Virus record (IMG/VR): IMGVR_UViG_3300025133_000023
Source: a virus
Strand: one strand, 5' to 3'
DNA length: 64,000 nt
The notes under the pieces are model-generated. The model was not told where the DNA came from and did not search any database. It worked only from the letters and a program-made list of their open reading frames with translations. Of the stretch, positions 10,836-21,202 are shown in pieces. How positions within the stretch are numbered: the stretch's first letter is position 1; each line of letters opens with the position of its first letter. A program made the position numbers and the translations under genes.

Positions 10836-13800
10836 TTATAGGCCATATCTCTTACGGAACTGATCTTCCTCGCCCATGCGAGAGTCGTTTACTTCAAGAT
10901 CAAGTGTGTGGCTTGGGTTAGCTGAAGAGTAGCTAATGGTCCTCATGTTAGTAGAGCTGAAACCATTGGCCCCAAAAGCTAAGTGACCCAAGTCTCGGTC
11001 ATTGGTGGGCTCAAAGTAATTTCCCTGAGCAATCACCTCATCTGTTAGATAAGGTTTTCTAGAGAGAAGACGCGACTGGCTTTCCCACATTCCATAATCA
11101 TGGATGTCTTTCCCTTGTTGCTGAACAACCCTTAGTTTAACATCTTCAAGGTCAACAGCAGGGTTAAAGCCAACCCAATCTACAGCAGGCATCGTGTCAC
11201 CAAGCTCAGCCTCAGTACGCTGCAGCTTTTCGAAGTCGCCAAACGACATCCAGCTAGGGGCTTCCTTTTCATATCTCGAATATCTGGCTGTGCTGAAATC
11301 TTCTCCAGCAGTAGAGCCCCAGTCTTGAACAAGCCGACCTAGCTTTTCATCTCCTGTTCTAAGATAGTCAGCCTTAAGCCATTGTGCCTCATAAATGCGA
11401 TGGAGAGACTCGGGTACTAAATCAAGGATTTCCTTTCGTCTTCGCTCGCTAGTGGTGCTAGCAAACGCCTCGAAGAAGTCTTGTTCCTCACGAGGCAAAG
11501 CAGCTTTCACAGCTGCAAGTCTATCAAATGGGTTGACTCCAGTTACCGTCTTACTGGCAAGCTTCTCGTAAAGAGAAGCGTTCCGTGTATCTCCAGCTTC
11601 ATGGGCCTGCTCTTCAAGCATCTTCCATTTATAGTATTCAAGCTTATCGTAGTGGTCATTGAATCCACGAATCGTCTTAATGTGTCCAGGGATGGCATCT
11701 ACACCGAACCAGTCATGGAGGGTCTGGTTAATGAATGGTCTGAACCAATCACGCCACATTTCCTTAAGTCCCCAGAAAGCGAACCGAGTACCATACACAA
11801 CAGTGTCTTCATACTCTGAGATTGGGTCAAGATACTTGAACAACTTTTCGACAGGGCGGAAGCCAAGAGGGATAATCTTAGAGGGACCAGAGAAGACATC
11901 ATGGATAACTTCATTGAAGCCCTTCCATGCCATGCCTGCTGCTCTGCCAACTAGCCCACGTCGCTTGGTGTTCTCGTTAAGAGCTGGAAGATAGCTTTGC
12001 CATTCTCTCTTAGCTCTCTTCTGCTGCATGCGAGACTCTGCTGCTTGAACAAACTTAAGAGCCTCTTCTCCAAACTGTCCCTGAGCTGTACGGAACTTGA
12101 CTGCTCTCTGAACTTCTCTGAATTCCTGAGACCATGCAGCAACATCACCAAGAACGGCATACTTGTAAACTAGCGGCCAACTTTCCGGATCCTTTCCTTC
12201 TAGTTCGGGGTGCAAGGCAGCGTAACCCTTGCCAGGTAGTCGATACTCTCCACCCGCTACATTGCTATAGGGATCACCGAAGCGTAGTTCTTCGGGCATC
12301 CAGCTAGGCATGTTGTTAGGGATGGGGTTGTACTGCTGTATGGAACTAAGAGGACGGGGGAAGAATCGACGGATTGGCTCAGACAAGAATCCAAAACCAC
12401 CTAGGTTCTGTTCCCAGTAACGCCTAGTCCATGAGTCAATAGCATTCGCTGACTGGAGCTGTGAGCCTTGAGTTCCTGGTACGTCTACTCCAGCAAGATG
12501 CTTACCAACCTCTCCCAAAGTGAAACCCCACAGACCGGGGCCTTCAACAAGGTTCTGATAAAAGAACTGACCCAGTCGACGTTTCCCGCTATAGGGACTG
12601 TCTGGAGTTCCTGGCTGCAGGCCACCCAGAGAATAGGCTGGCTGAATCTCCAGGGAGTTAGAGATGTGCTTCAGCTCTAGGCTACCTGTTTCTCTGTTAA
12701 CTCGAGCCCACTCTCCTACATGCATTAAGCGAGCTGGCTTAATCAGCTTGCCAATAGGATCGAGGAAGAGCTTAGCGAAAGGAACCTCTTCAAAGGCCTG
12801 CCCAGTAATTGGGTATGGCCTATCTTTATAGTTTCTTTCTTCTAGCTCATAGGTAAAGTGCTTACGATAGAACTTGCCAATAGGAGAGTGCCACGCACCA
12901 CCAACAGGGTTCCAGAAATCAAAGTCTTCGTCTTCACCCCATACGGACTTCTCAATAGCTCTCGACTTAGACAACGCCAACCAGTGAGGCTTGAAGTGAC
13001 TAATAGCGCCACCTTCCCAAGCAGTACCACCGCCTTCCCACCATCTACCCTTACGGACTGGCTGAAGCTTTCGTCCTTCATAGATCGCACTTAACTCTTC
13101 AGTAGTCTCAGACGTAGCAAGCTTTCCGGCAAGCACCGACCAAGCAGCAGCAGCTGTGACGAATCGCATACCCCAAGATGAGCCAAAGGGAAGACTCCAC
13201 TGTTTGATGTTCTTTATTCCACCAGCACGCCAGAACTTGTCACCTAGCTCAGAGCGAGCAATGACTCTCTTAGGGTTAGCCCCAGCCCATGCAGCTTGAA
13301 CCTGAAGCCCCATTCTCTTCCAGGGGTTCTCTTCTCCTACAATCCTAGTAGCCCAACTGATGTCGTGGTTGATTTGCTTGGTCATCCACTTCGGGATCTC
13401 TCCACCCTGGATGCCTTCTGTTACCGAGTGTCTCCAGGCAGAGCGTTTGGAGATTTCGTTAATAGCATAGACCGAGTCACGCATACGCTGCTGACCCTTA
13501 CTAAGGACAGCTCCGCCGGACTTCTTAGACTCATTAACTAATCCACGTTCATTATAGATGTTCCAGAACTGAGTAGCATACGTTCCAGTGCTAGCATGAA
13601 TTCGCTGAAGGATTGTTCCACCCTTCATACTTGGACGCATTTCCTTACGAAGCATACGGTCTAGGACATGACCAACTCCCACACCAATAATACCCATACC
13701 AATAGCTGTTGAGCTATCAGTGGAGCCTGGCATGTTGGTTTCAAACCATCTTCTCCAGCCACTACCAATGAACGGGACGGGGCTGAGGGCATTCGTAACT

Positions 13801-15077
13801 GTTGATCGAAGCTTGTTTGCAATAGCTCCAACGTTTCCGAATCCAGCGAACAAGCCATCCCTGAAGGGAGGAAGCAGACTACCTACTGCACCAATAGCAG
13901 CTCCGCGACCAATGTGAGACCACTTCTTTCCAAAGATGCTTCCAAAGTAAGCGCCAGTAATACCAAAGGCAGCTGCTCCACCGACAGTATCATGCTGCTT
14001 TGCCCAGCTTGCAGAACTTAGGAGAAGCCCAGCCATGCCGACAGTCCCCGCCTTGCGGGCATACATGAATGAGTTCTTTAGGAAGCTTCCTTCTTTTCCA
14101 TAAAGCTTAAAGGGTAGCTGTCCACCAATGTCTGACAGGATAGGGATCTGCTGCCAAATAGTACGGATAAGCTCGTTGAGCCGACCACTACCAGCAGCCC
14201 CTACTAGGCGTCCCATATGGATAGCGGTGTCTGCTGGGCCTGCCCCTGTTACTGTGGGGATGTGTATTGGCAAGAACTCTAAGTTTCTACCAACAGCCTT
14301 AATGGCATCGTCCTCCATAGCAGAACCAACATGGTAACCAATACCAGCACGAACCTTGGAAATCTTCATCTCCTGTCCTGCAGTAGCTACTAGGCTGGGG
14401 GCTGTCTTGTGACTGTAGGCTTTGGAAGAAGCTTCACCGCTTCCATACTTCTGGCGTTCCCAATCTGCCTGAACCCTAGCCAACAGGTCTGGATTCTTAA
14501 TAGCAAGATCAGCCTGGATCATTCGCTGAAGCTCTCTAGCTCTACCGCGCTGACCCAACACTAGACGGTCTTGAACGAGCTCTCCTGACTTTGCGTTATA
14601 GGCTTTGTAGAAGACACTGTCTGCGGATTCTCTCTCAAGCCTTAGCCCGTGCTGTCCTGCATCAATAAGCTTATGGGGCTCTACCCCCATTACCGAAGCC
14701 ATCACCTCGCGGATGAACTTGTTCCCTCCATCAATGTTAAAAGCTTCAGGGGGCAAGAATGGCTTGAAGAGCTTCCCAGTAGCCTCCATAATCCGCTCAT
14801 GATCAACAAACGGAGACACCATAAATGGTAGTCTGAAGGTAGCCATCATGCCACCAGGCAGGACGAATCTCTCAGCTACTTGAAGGGTTCTGTAGGCTTT
14901 CGTAAAGCCTCGCTCTCCGCCATGGCGGAGCATCCCTACCCCAAAAACACCAGCGCCCACAGCAGCGCCAGTAGCCCAACCAAAGAGCTGCCTTCCTGTG
15001 GAAGGCTGTGTTAGCTCATCTTGGCGTTGGCTACTCCACGTTGTGTGCGGGCCGGAGTTTGAGTACAGATTGGACAT
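10836..15077 (-). CDS. Tape-measure or ejected internal virion protein, 1413 aa
   Basis: Long Gly/Ala-rich protein with several hydrophobic segments, directly after the putative tail chaperones (the usual tape-measure position). Confidence 0.55.
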   Translation of the reverse strand: MSNLYSNSGPHTTWSSQRQDELTQPSTGRQLFGWATGAAVGAGVFGVGMLRHGGERGFTKAYRTLQVAERFVLPGGMMATFRLPFMVSPFVDHERIMEATGKLFKPFLPPEAFNIDGGNKFIREVMASVMGVEPHKLIDAGQHGLRLERESADSVFYKAYNAKSGELVQDRLVLGQRGRARELQRMIQADLAIKNPDLLARVQADWERQKYGSGEASSKAYSHKTAPSLVATAGQEMKISKVRAGIGYHVGSAMEDDAIKAVGRNLEFLPIHIPTVTGAGPADTAIHMGRLVGAAGSGRLNELIRTIWQQIPILSDIGGQLPFKLYGKEGSFLKNSFMYARKAGTVGMAGLLLSSASWAKQHDTVGGAAAFGITGAYFGSIFGKKWSHIGRGAAIGAVGSLLPPFRDGLFAGFGNVGAIANKLRSTVTNALSPVPFIGSGWRRWFETNMPGSTDSSTAIGMGIIGVGVGHVLDRMLRKEMRPSMKGGTILQRIHASTGTYATQFWNIYNERGLVNESKKSGGAVLSKGQQRMRDSVYAINEISKRSAWRHSVTEGIQGGEIPKWMTKQINHDISWATRIVGEENPWKRMGLQVQAAWAGANPKRVIARSELGDKFWRAGGIKNIKQWSLPFGSSWGMRFVTAAAAWSVLAGKLATSETTEELSAIYEGRKLQPVRKGRWWEGGGTAWEGGAISHFKPHWLALSKSRAIEKSVWGEDEDFDFWNPVGGAWHSPIGKFYRKHFTYELEERNYKDRPYPITGQAFEEVPFAKLFLDPIGKLIKPARLMHVGEWARVNRETGSLELKHISNSLEIQPAYSLGGLQPGTPDSPYSGKRRLGQFFYQNLVEGPGLWGFTLGEVGKHLAGVDVPGTQGSQLQSANAIDSWTRRYWEQNLGGFGFLSEPIRRFFPRPLSSIQQYNPIPNNMPSWMPEELRFGDPYSNVAGGEYRLPGKGYAALHPELEGKDPESWPLVYKYAVLGDVAAWSQEFREVQRAVKFRTAQGQFGEEALKFVQAAESRMQQKRAKREWQSYLPALNENTKRRGLVGRAAGMAWKGFNEVIHDVFSGPSKIIPLGFRPVEKLFKYLDPISEYEDTVVYGTRFAFWGLKEMWRDWFRPFINQTLHDWFGVDAIPGHIKTIRGFNDHYDKLEYYKWKMLEEQAHEAGDTRNASLYEKLASKTVTGVNPFDRLAAVKAALPREEQDFFEAFASTTSERRRKEILDLVPESLHRIYEAQWLKADYLRTGDEKLGRLVQDWGSTAGEDFSTARYSRYEKEAPSWMSFGDFEKLQRTEAELGDTMPAVDWVGFNPAVDLEDVKLRVVQQQGKDIHDYGMWESQSRLLSRKPYLTDEVIAQGNYFEPTNDRDLGHLAFGANGFSSTNMRTISYSSANPSHTLDLEVNDSRMGEEDQFRKRYGL

Positions 15078-15079
15078 GG

Positions 15080-15694
15080 TTATTCTCTAAGGGCTTTCTG
15101 TGCTTGCGCAATTTCTTCAGCGCTTACAACCCCATAACCAGTCTTTTGATTAATTTGCCTTGTGGTTCCGTCAGGATTTACTCCAACGGCAGGTGCTCCC
15201 TCCTCTAGGGAGTAGATAATGGCAGGCTCTGAGATCAATCCTTGATCAAGAAGAACACCTTCTGCCTGAGTAAACACCTGGATTATTTCGGGGAACGTAA
15301 GCTCATCAAGCTTATCCATAGTATACCCTGAAAAGACTCTGCAGATAGTTGTCTTCATCATTAGGTCTATTTGCTGTGACTTAGTTCTGCAAGTCACAAG
15401 CATGGCGTTCTGATAGTTAGTGTCTCCAGGAGAAGACAGCTCTACGATGAGTAAGGCTACTGTCTGGACAATACCTGCTTCGAGAGTCTCTCGATAATCT
15501 TTGTAGTAGTCTTCGCTGACACACTTATCAAACAAATAATCAAACAGCACCCAATCATCAACATCCTCTGAATCCAGAGCGGAGCTGATGACTTTATATT
15601 CTCCATAGTTCAGAAGCCGAAAAGGGATCACACGACTATCAAAAAGCTGAAAGCCATAGAGATCCCCTTTGGCCCCAATCCTGTAATCAAGCAT
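15080..15694 (-). CDS. Putative tail assembly chaperone 2
   Basis: Position between tube genes and tape-measure candidate; acidic 204 aa. Confidence 0.45.
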   Translation of the reverse strand: MLDYRIGAKGDLYGFQLFDSRVIPFRLLNYGEYKVISSALDSEDVDDWVLFDYLFDKCVSEDYYKDYRETLEAGIVQTVALLIVELSSPGDTNYQNAMLVTCRTKSQQIDLMMKTTICRVFSGYTMDKLDELTFPEIIQVFTQAEGVLLDQGLISEPAIIYSLEEGAPAVGVNPDGTTRQINQKTGYGVVSAEEIAQAQKALRE

Positions 15695-15722
15695 GGGGTT
15701 TTATTATCCTAGCAGTTAAGGA

Positions 15723-16253
15723 TTATAGTCTTAGAGTCTGACGAAGGGCCTGCTCTGTTGGCATGAAGTAGCTTCCAGCCATGATAACTTCGTAAAGAAG
15801 ATTCTTCAAACCTGCTGGCTGCTTGTCTGCCTTAACTGGATCTAGAATATTCTCTCGTGGCCACACGATACATCGTGCCAACACCTGAGTCTGAATCCAT
15901 TCCTCAACCTTCTCTGGGTCAACGGCTGCAAGGCCTGACTGGATATCTCTCCACTCTCCCAACTCTAGATAACGCCAGACATACCAGTCGTCGTCCCTTA
16001 GGCTAAGGGCATAAATGGAAGTGTATCGTTCTCGCCATTCAGCGATTTGTTCTAGTGTTGGTCCGTCGACAAGAGACGTTAGGAGAGCCTCTGGGCCGTC
16101 CTGTACGGCCTCTTCTACTGTGGGAGTATCTGAGTCTACCTCGGGCTCGTCCAGAGCCTCCTCGGTTGTCTCAGCGGCCTCTAGTTTGGCCTCTTCTTCT
16201 CTCTGCCGCTTAGCGGCTGCTTCTTTAGCAATTCTTTGTGCTGCAGATGACAT
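15723..16253 (-). CDS. Putative tail assembly chaperone 1
   Basis: Synteny; acidic N-terminus; YVWRYL..GEW and VLARCIVWP segments of the kind seen in myophage tail chaperones. Confidence 0.5.
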   Translation of the reverse strand: MSSAAQRIAKEAAAKRQREEEAKLEAAETTEEALDEPEVDSDTPTVEEAVQDGPEALLTSLVDGPTLEQIAEWRERYTSIYALSLRDDDWYVWRYLELGEWRDIQSGLAAVDPEKVEEWIQTQVLARCIVWPRENILDPVKADKQPAGLKNLLYEVIMAGSYFMPTEQALRQTLRL

Positions 16254-16254
16254 A

Positions 16255-16944
16255 TTAGGTTACTTCCCTGCAAATAAATGGGTATTGTTCTAGGACAGGC
16301 TCACCTTCTACAGTGATCGTTTGTCCAAAACCCGTAAGTTGAACTTGGCGCAATGTGCGCACTGCGGAAAGAGTAAAGCTAGGTTGGTTATCCTGGCTTC
16401 TCAGTTGATTACCAAACGCATCACCATAGGTGACGATAATATCGAAAGGTAGGTAGTGATCGTCTGGGCGAGCAAGGCTAGTGCTACTTAACACATCCTG
16501 CCTAGATAGCTCGGAGCCTGCGTCTCCACCCCAGAACCTTCTTTTAAGAGTGTCTCTATCTTGACCTGCATGATCGGGGTCGCTTGGGTTTACCAAAGCC
16601 TGGGCACTCTGTCCCAGCTTCTTTTCAAACTTGTTTGTGTAGAAGTCTGATTCTACATCAAGACCATGGGTTCGTGCGATTAAAGTTGGAAGAAACTGCG
16701 CATACTGAAAGTTAACCATGAGAAATCCAGAACACTGGACCGTTCCCCAGGCAACCCCATCCCACAGTTGGGACGCATATCCCCACACTGGTCGCTTATT
16801 TTGGACTAGAGAAAACTCTATGCCCACCGCCGTTCCGATTAGGATCTCGCGAATATAGAGGCCGATATTGGAACCAGTAAAGTAATCATAGGTAAAATGA
16901 GAGGTATCATTATTATCATATCCGCTACGGTAGGTCTTTGTCAT
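16255..16944 (-). CDS. Tail tube-like paralogue 3
   Basis: Shares YFTGSNI, RPVWGY, PFDIIVTYG and FICRE with the two upstream paralogues. Confidence 0.6.
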   Translation of the reverse strand: MTKTYRSGYDNNDTSHFTYDYFTGSNIGLYIREILIGTAVGIEFSLVQNKRPVWGYASQLWDGVAWGTVQCSGFLMVNFQYAQFLPTLIARTHGLDVESDFYTNKFEKKLGQSAQALVNPSDPDHAGQDRDTLKRRFWGGDAGSELSRQDVLSSTSLARPDDHYLPFDIIVTYGDAFGNQLRSQDNQPSFTLSAVRTLRQVQLTGFGQTITVEGEPVLEQYPFICREVT

Positions 16945-16946
16945 TG

Positions 16947-17819
16947 TTAGCCCCCACCCCCGCCCCGGTCGGGTCGCCTAGCTGGGAGAGCAGCTTCAGC
17001 TCGCTCCCGCCCACTAGCAAAGCCAGGGTTCTGTACAGCGATATGCTCTCTTGCTCTTTCGAAAGTATAGGAGATCTCGTTCTCAAGGGCTTGACGCTGT
17101 ACGGCGCTAAGGTCACCAGACTGAAGCCTCGTAGCTCCAAGTAAAGCATTAAGCCTTTCATCGTCCGCGATGTTGGTGTGTCCACTCCTGTTAGTTGATG
17201 TCCTATATGAATGTTTAGGATCACGAGAGTTTCTGTAACCTTCAAAGATGTGCATGTCCCGGGCTACATACTGATAGGTGTTTTCAGTTAAAAGGTCATC
17301 AATAGAGGTGACCATACCATCGTTCGTTAGCGTTACTCCAAAGATTGTCAATGTCCCCCAAGTTGGAAAGGGAACCCTTCTCGAAGCGTTTTCCTCAGGA
17401 GTGATCCTGGCAGGAAGCTCCGCACTATAAACAAGATGAATATTAAACGGTGGAATTTGATCAGGGAAATTATGACCATCCCAATAACCAGTGTCATAGG
17501 AATATTCATAAATCCATGTATCTAGTAACTTTCTAAGTGGATGCTCGTCAATAACGGCAAAGATCAAAGAGCCAGCAATCGTTCTAGTACCTCTCGTATG
17601 TCCTCGGACATTACGATACCCGATAGCCCGAACTGGGCTAACATCTCTATAGATAGAAACTGAAAGGGTTTGTAGGTCTTTGATCCTTACGAGACCAGGG
17701 TGTCTAGCACCCCCGTCTCGATCATAGGCACCCTTAAAAAACATATAAGGGATGGTTGCGTAGGCTTTGACGTCTGCCCCACTGAAGCTCAGTCCAGCGA
17801 TACTGGCTGATTGGCTCAT
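16947..17819 (-). CDS. Tail tube-like paralogue 2
   Basis: SFSGADVKA, RGTRTIAGSLIF, PDQIPPFNI, SIDDLLTENTYQYVARD. Confidence 0.65.
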   Translation of the reverse strand: MSQSASIAGLSFSGADVKAYATIPYMFFKGAYDRDGGARHPGLVRIKDLQTLSVSIYRDVSPVRAIGYRNVRGHTRGTRTIAGSLIFAVIDEHPLRKLLDTWIYEYSYDTGYWDGHNFPDQIPPFNIHLVYSAELPARITPEENASRRVPFPTWGTLTIFGVTLTNDGMVTSIDDLLTENTYQYVARDMHIFEGYRNSRDPKHSYRTSTNRSGHTNIADDERLNALLGATRLQSGDLSAVQRQALENEISYTFERAREHIAVQNPGFASGRERAEAALPARRPDRGGGGG

Positions 17820-17840
17820 AGGAGAGAGTTCCTTTTGCTA

Positions 17841-18533
17841 TTAGTTTGCGTTAGTAGCGCCCTGACCCTCTTCATTTGCTTCTAACTCAATCCAAGGTAC
17901 GAGTTCACGTGCGATGAAGGTGTACTGGAACTCAGAGACTAGGTCGTCAATGGAGATTCCATAACCTTCGTTTACAAGCTCAACTCCAATCACAGCCATG
18001 CTAACTACCGCACCATATTCGTTAGAAGCGGTGAGGGTAATGTCGAATGGAGGGATCTGGTCTGGGTACCAAGGGGTAGTCAGAATCTGATCGTTGAAGC
18101 TGTTACCGTCTGGCAAAATGTCGTTACTACCGATAGAGGTTGGATTTCCTACCTGACTAATGTCGGTGATTGGCCTGTCCCCGGTAAACATAATGGAAGG
18201 ACGAATTTCTTCTTCATCTGCCCAGAACTTATTTGCATTTTCATCTTTAGAGAAAATAGGCTGAGTCGCAGAGCTAGGGTTAACTGGCCCTACTAGAGGA
18301 TGCTTATTAAACATCGCAAAGACTAGTGTCCCAGCAATGCCTCTCTTCCCTCTAGAGAATGCTCGTGGGTTTGCATAACCCATTGTGTAGATAGGAGCCT
18401 TCTCACGCTGAACAGCATAAGAGAAGGCCTGTAGCGGTACAGCTACTGTGCTATTAAAAACAGCCTTAATATCGATTCCAGTGAACGAGTTATACGCGTT
18501 CGCTCGACTTTGCTGTCCTGCTGGAAGTGCCAT
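17841..18533 (-). CDS. Tail tube protein (paralogue 1, probably the major tube)
   Basis: Immediately after sheath; SFTGIDIKA, RGKRGIAGTLVF, PDQIPPFDI, SIDDLVSEFQYTFIARE. Confidence 0.7.
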   Translation of the reverse strand: MALPAGQQSRANAYNSFTGIDIKAVFNSTVAVPLQAFSYAVQREKAPIYTMGYANPRAFSRGKRGIAGTLVFAMFNKHPLVGPVNPSSATQPIFSKDENANKFWADEEEIRPSIMFTGDRPITDISQVGNPTSIGSNDILPDGNSFNDQILTTPWYPDQIPPFDITLTASNEYGAVVSMAVIGVELVNEGYGISIDDLVSEFQYTFIARELVPWIELEANEEGQGATNAN

Positions 18534-18558
18534 GTTTTACTTATCCTCCCTGGATAGT

Positions 18559-18588
18559 TTGGTGGGGCCATATTTCAGACCCCACCAA
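18559..18588 (-). promoter_or_regulatory. Stem-loop between sheath and tube genes
   Basis: TTGGTGGGG...CCCCACCAA 9-bp inverted repeat; no U-tract, so a processing or stabilising hairpin is more likely than an intrinsic terminator. Confidence 0.45.
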
Positions 18589-18598
18589 GTCTGTTGTC

Positions 18599-20443
18599 TT
18601 ACTCTGCAGCAAGGGTAATTGTGAGTGGGATGAACCTTACTTCGAAACTAGGTACGAGTAGAAGATCAATCACTAGCTGCCCAAGGACTCTCTGCTGTGG
18701 AGTAGAAGAAACCTTAAGGTCGAATCTCCTTAGAGACCCATCAGAAACTCTTGACTGAAGAGCAGTCTCGAGGATCGTCTTAAGAGCCTGCTGCTGTGCA
18801 GGACTGTTAGGTTCACCTAGGAATGGATCAGCTTCATCACGTACTGTGTTCACAATGCTCTTAACGATCCTAACCGTAGACAGTCGCGTATAGTTACTCG
18901 TTGGACGAGCAGCTGTTGGAGCGTCAGTAACAACAACACCCTTAGGCTTGTTGGTTAGAGAAACGATCCTGACTCCAGCCATGTCGTCCAGCTTTCGCGC
19001 CTTGAGGTCTCTAATGAGACGAAGGTTCTTAACTGCCTTGTTGGTTGGTGCTGACTGAGGAGCCAAGCTGGCAATGAAGCCACCATAGGAAGCCTCGATT
19101 CCTGAAATGTAACCGCTCGACTGGTAGTTGTTAGTGTGGATTGCGATTGCACCGCAAACGCTAATGTACTTACCAATGTCAACAACGTTATCTTCTGCGT
19201 CAGTCAGTTCGGCTCCGTCGAGGAAGCCGTCATCTGTAGCGATAAATCCACCGCCGGTGACTCCTGCTCTCCAATCGTCTTGCCCAGCAAGGAACTTATT
19301 ACCTAGCATACCATTACCATTCGCTGAAGGTCCAGCAATGTACCGAACTTGTGTGATTGGGTTAGTCGTATAGGTAGGAAGCTTACCGACCCAACTAGCT
19401 AGCGCAGCCAGACTAAAGCCGGTTGGAGCTAGGAAGCTAATCACGCCGACAACGAACTGCCACTTGTCTGTTGCGTTGTGGCAGAAGTTGGCTAGCTGGT
19501 AGGCAAAGTTAACTTCATGGAAGTCGCTTGCAGTAAGAGTTACGCCATCTGCGTCAGCAGAAGGTCCAGCACTACCAACATGTGGAACGATCTCAGCAAC
19601 ACCGTCGCCGTCCATGTCCCACCAGAAGTAGTTAACCCCGGCGACCTCCTGAACGAATACCTTTCCAAGTACATCCTGTGCACTATCTTCGGTTGGATAG
19701 TCACTAAGACCACCAAGGGCACGTGTGACAATTTCTCCAGCCGCTAGGTCTGCGACGTTTAGATCGTCAATGAATACACACATTGGAACGACAATGTCAA
19801 AATCAGCAAAGTCTAGAAGCTCAAATGCATTGTAAAGATTCTCATACATGACAGTCTTAATGCAGCTAATACCATCCGTACCTGCGACGTAGGTGGCGCT
19901 TCCGCCTGGAACATCTTCCATTGCGACAGGAGCAGAGACCGTACCAATGTCAATTCCACCTGCGGTGAAGCCAACACTAGCAAGAGTAACTGTTACGCCA
20001 GTGGAGAATGGTGCAAGGACACCGACTGAGTCATGGACCCAATCCCCAAGAGTGCTATCGAACACTGCAAGACGTCCAGTAGACGCTTCGTACCAAATTA
20101 GATATTGTGCACCAGCTCCGTCGTCAAAAGAATCAGTAACAACTGACCAGCCTCCGACACCACCGATACCTGTTAGTGAAGCTGATGTTCCGCCAACTCT
20201 TAGAGCCACAATGTTTCTTGCACCCTGGGCCTTGGCCTCATGAATTCCTCGAAGAAGAGTTCCTGCAACACCAAAAGTCCCCCTGGCACTAGATGTAGTA
20301 GTGACTGGAATTGGCTGGAGTGACGGCCCCTTTTCTGCTGTTCCAATAATTAGGACTCGTGGTGACGGGTCCTGACTATCGATAACCAGCGGGGTGTCAA
20401 TCAGCGCAGGCTGTACGCCTGGTAGAAAATTGTAAAAAGCCAT
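18599..20443 (-). CDS. Contractile tail sheath protein
   Basis: N-terminal PRVLIIGTAEKGP; C-terminal RLSTVRIVKSIVNTVRDEADPFLGEPN...LVIDLLLVPSFEVRFIPLTITL, typical of sheaths. Confidence 0.9.
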   Translation of the reverse strand: MAFYNFLPGVQPALIDTPLVIDSQDPSPRVLIIGTAEKGPSLQPIPVTTTSSARGTFGVAGTLLRGIHEAKAQGARNIVALRVGGTSASLTGIGGVGGWSVVTDSFDDGAGAQYLIWYEASTGRLAVFDSTLGDWVHDSVGVLAPFSTGVTVTLASVGFTAGGIDIGTVSAPVAMEDVPGGSATYVAGTDGISCIKTVMYENLYNAFELLDFADFDIVVPMCVFIDDLNVADLAAGEIVTRALGGLSDYPTEDSAQDVLGKVFVQEVAGVNYFWWDMDGDGVAEIVPHVGSAGPSADADGVTLTASDFHEVNFAYQLANFCHNATDKWQFVVGVISFLAPTGFSLAALASWVGKLPTYTTNPITQVRYIAGPSANGNGMLGNKFLAGQDDWRAGVTGGGFIATDDGFLDGAELTDAEDNVVDIGKYISVCGAIAIHTNNYQSSGYISGIEASYGGFIASLAPQSAPTNKAVKNLRLIRDLKARKLDDMAGVRIVSLTNKPKGVVVTDAPTAARPTSNYTRLSTVRIVKSIVNTVRDEADPFLGEPNSPAQQQALKTILETALQSRVSDGSLRRFDLKVSSTPQQRVLGQLVIDLLLVPSFEVRFIPLTITLAAE

Positions 20444-20464
20444 ATCCCGTTAGATCCTCCCTAG

Positions 20465-21202
20465 TTAACCCACACCCACGGCTATGTTGACCAAAAGGTC
20501 ACGAAGTGTGGAGGCACTGATCTCAAAAGTTCGATCAGTTCTTACATAATAATGCATGGACCTACTCTTTAGCAAGTTGCCACTGGTTCGCGTATCTTCC
20601 CAATACTTGTCAGCCAGTCGCTGCTTAAAGACAATTTCCTCGACACCCATATATTTATAATACCAGTGTCGTGCATCCATAAATTCTTCAAACCATAAAG
20701 CTCTTGCATCAACAGCTTTGTTGGTTTTTGCCCAGCATGTAAATTCTACCACGTTATCAAACTTCTGTCCCATCACCATAATGCTTTGGAGAGGTCTAGT
20801 GGCATCCTTTGTAACATACCTAATGCGCGGACGCCATTCTCTAACGACCGAGTCATCATTTCCAAGAATATCAGGTAAACGTCCGGAATGCGCGCCTGGT
20901 CTTCTTTCAAGTACTTTAAATGTGATTACCTCATTTTTAAAGTCTGTAGGTGGCCCCTCTTCAACGAAACTAACTCTTTCGGCCTCAACCGTATTACAGC
21001 GGTCTTGAAAGTCAGTTAGTGTTGTATTGACAAGCTCAAAGAACCCACGCAAGTCTCTTGCGGGATATCTTTTCATCTGATTCCGTAGATTGACAGGAAT
21101 AGGCCATTCACTATCAATCGTTACAGATTCCATAATCTGAACACTAGTGTGATTAGCCCATGCCAAGGTCTCTGGAGAAATGTCTCTTAGTTCGTCGGCC
21201 AT
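20465..21202 (-). CDS. Tail completion/terminator-like neck protein
   Basis: Directly upstream of the sheath; FDNVVEFTCWAKTNKAVDARALWFEEFM segment. Confidence 0.5.
   Translation of the reverse strand: MADELRDISPETLAWANHTSVQIMESVTIDSEWPIPVNLRNQMKRYPARDLRGFFELVNTTLTDFQDRCNTVEAERVSFVEEGPPTDFKNEVITFKVLERRPGAHSGRLPDILGNDDSVVREWRPRIRYVTKDATRPLQSIMVMGQKFDNVVEFTCWAKTNKAVDARALWFEEFMDARHWYYKYMGVEEIVFKQRLADKYWEDTRTSGNLLKSRSMHYYVRTDRTFEISASTLRDLLVNIAVGVG

Noticed and set aside
15694-15730. Programmed G/GT-type frameshift between the two chaperone genes
   Set aside because: No clear slippery heptamer seen; the second ORF has its own ATG.
18599-20443. Extracellular contractile injection system or tailocin interpretation
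   Set aside because: Capsid, portal, protease and terminase are all present, so this is a phage.
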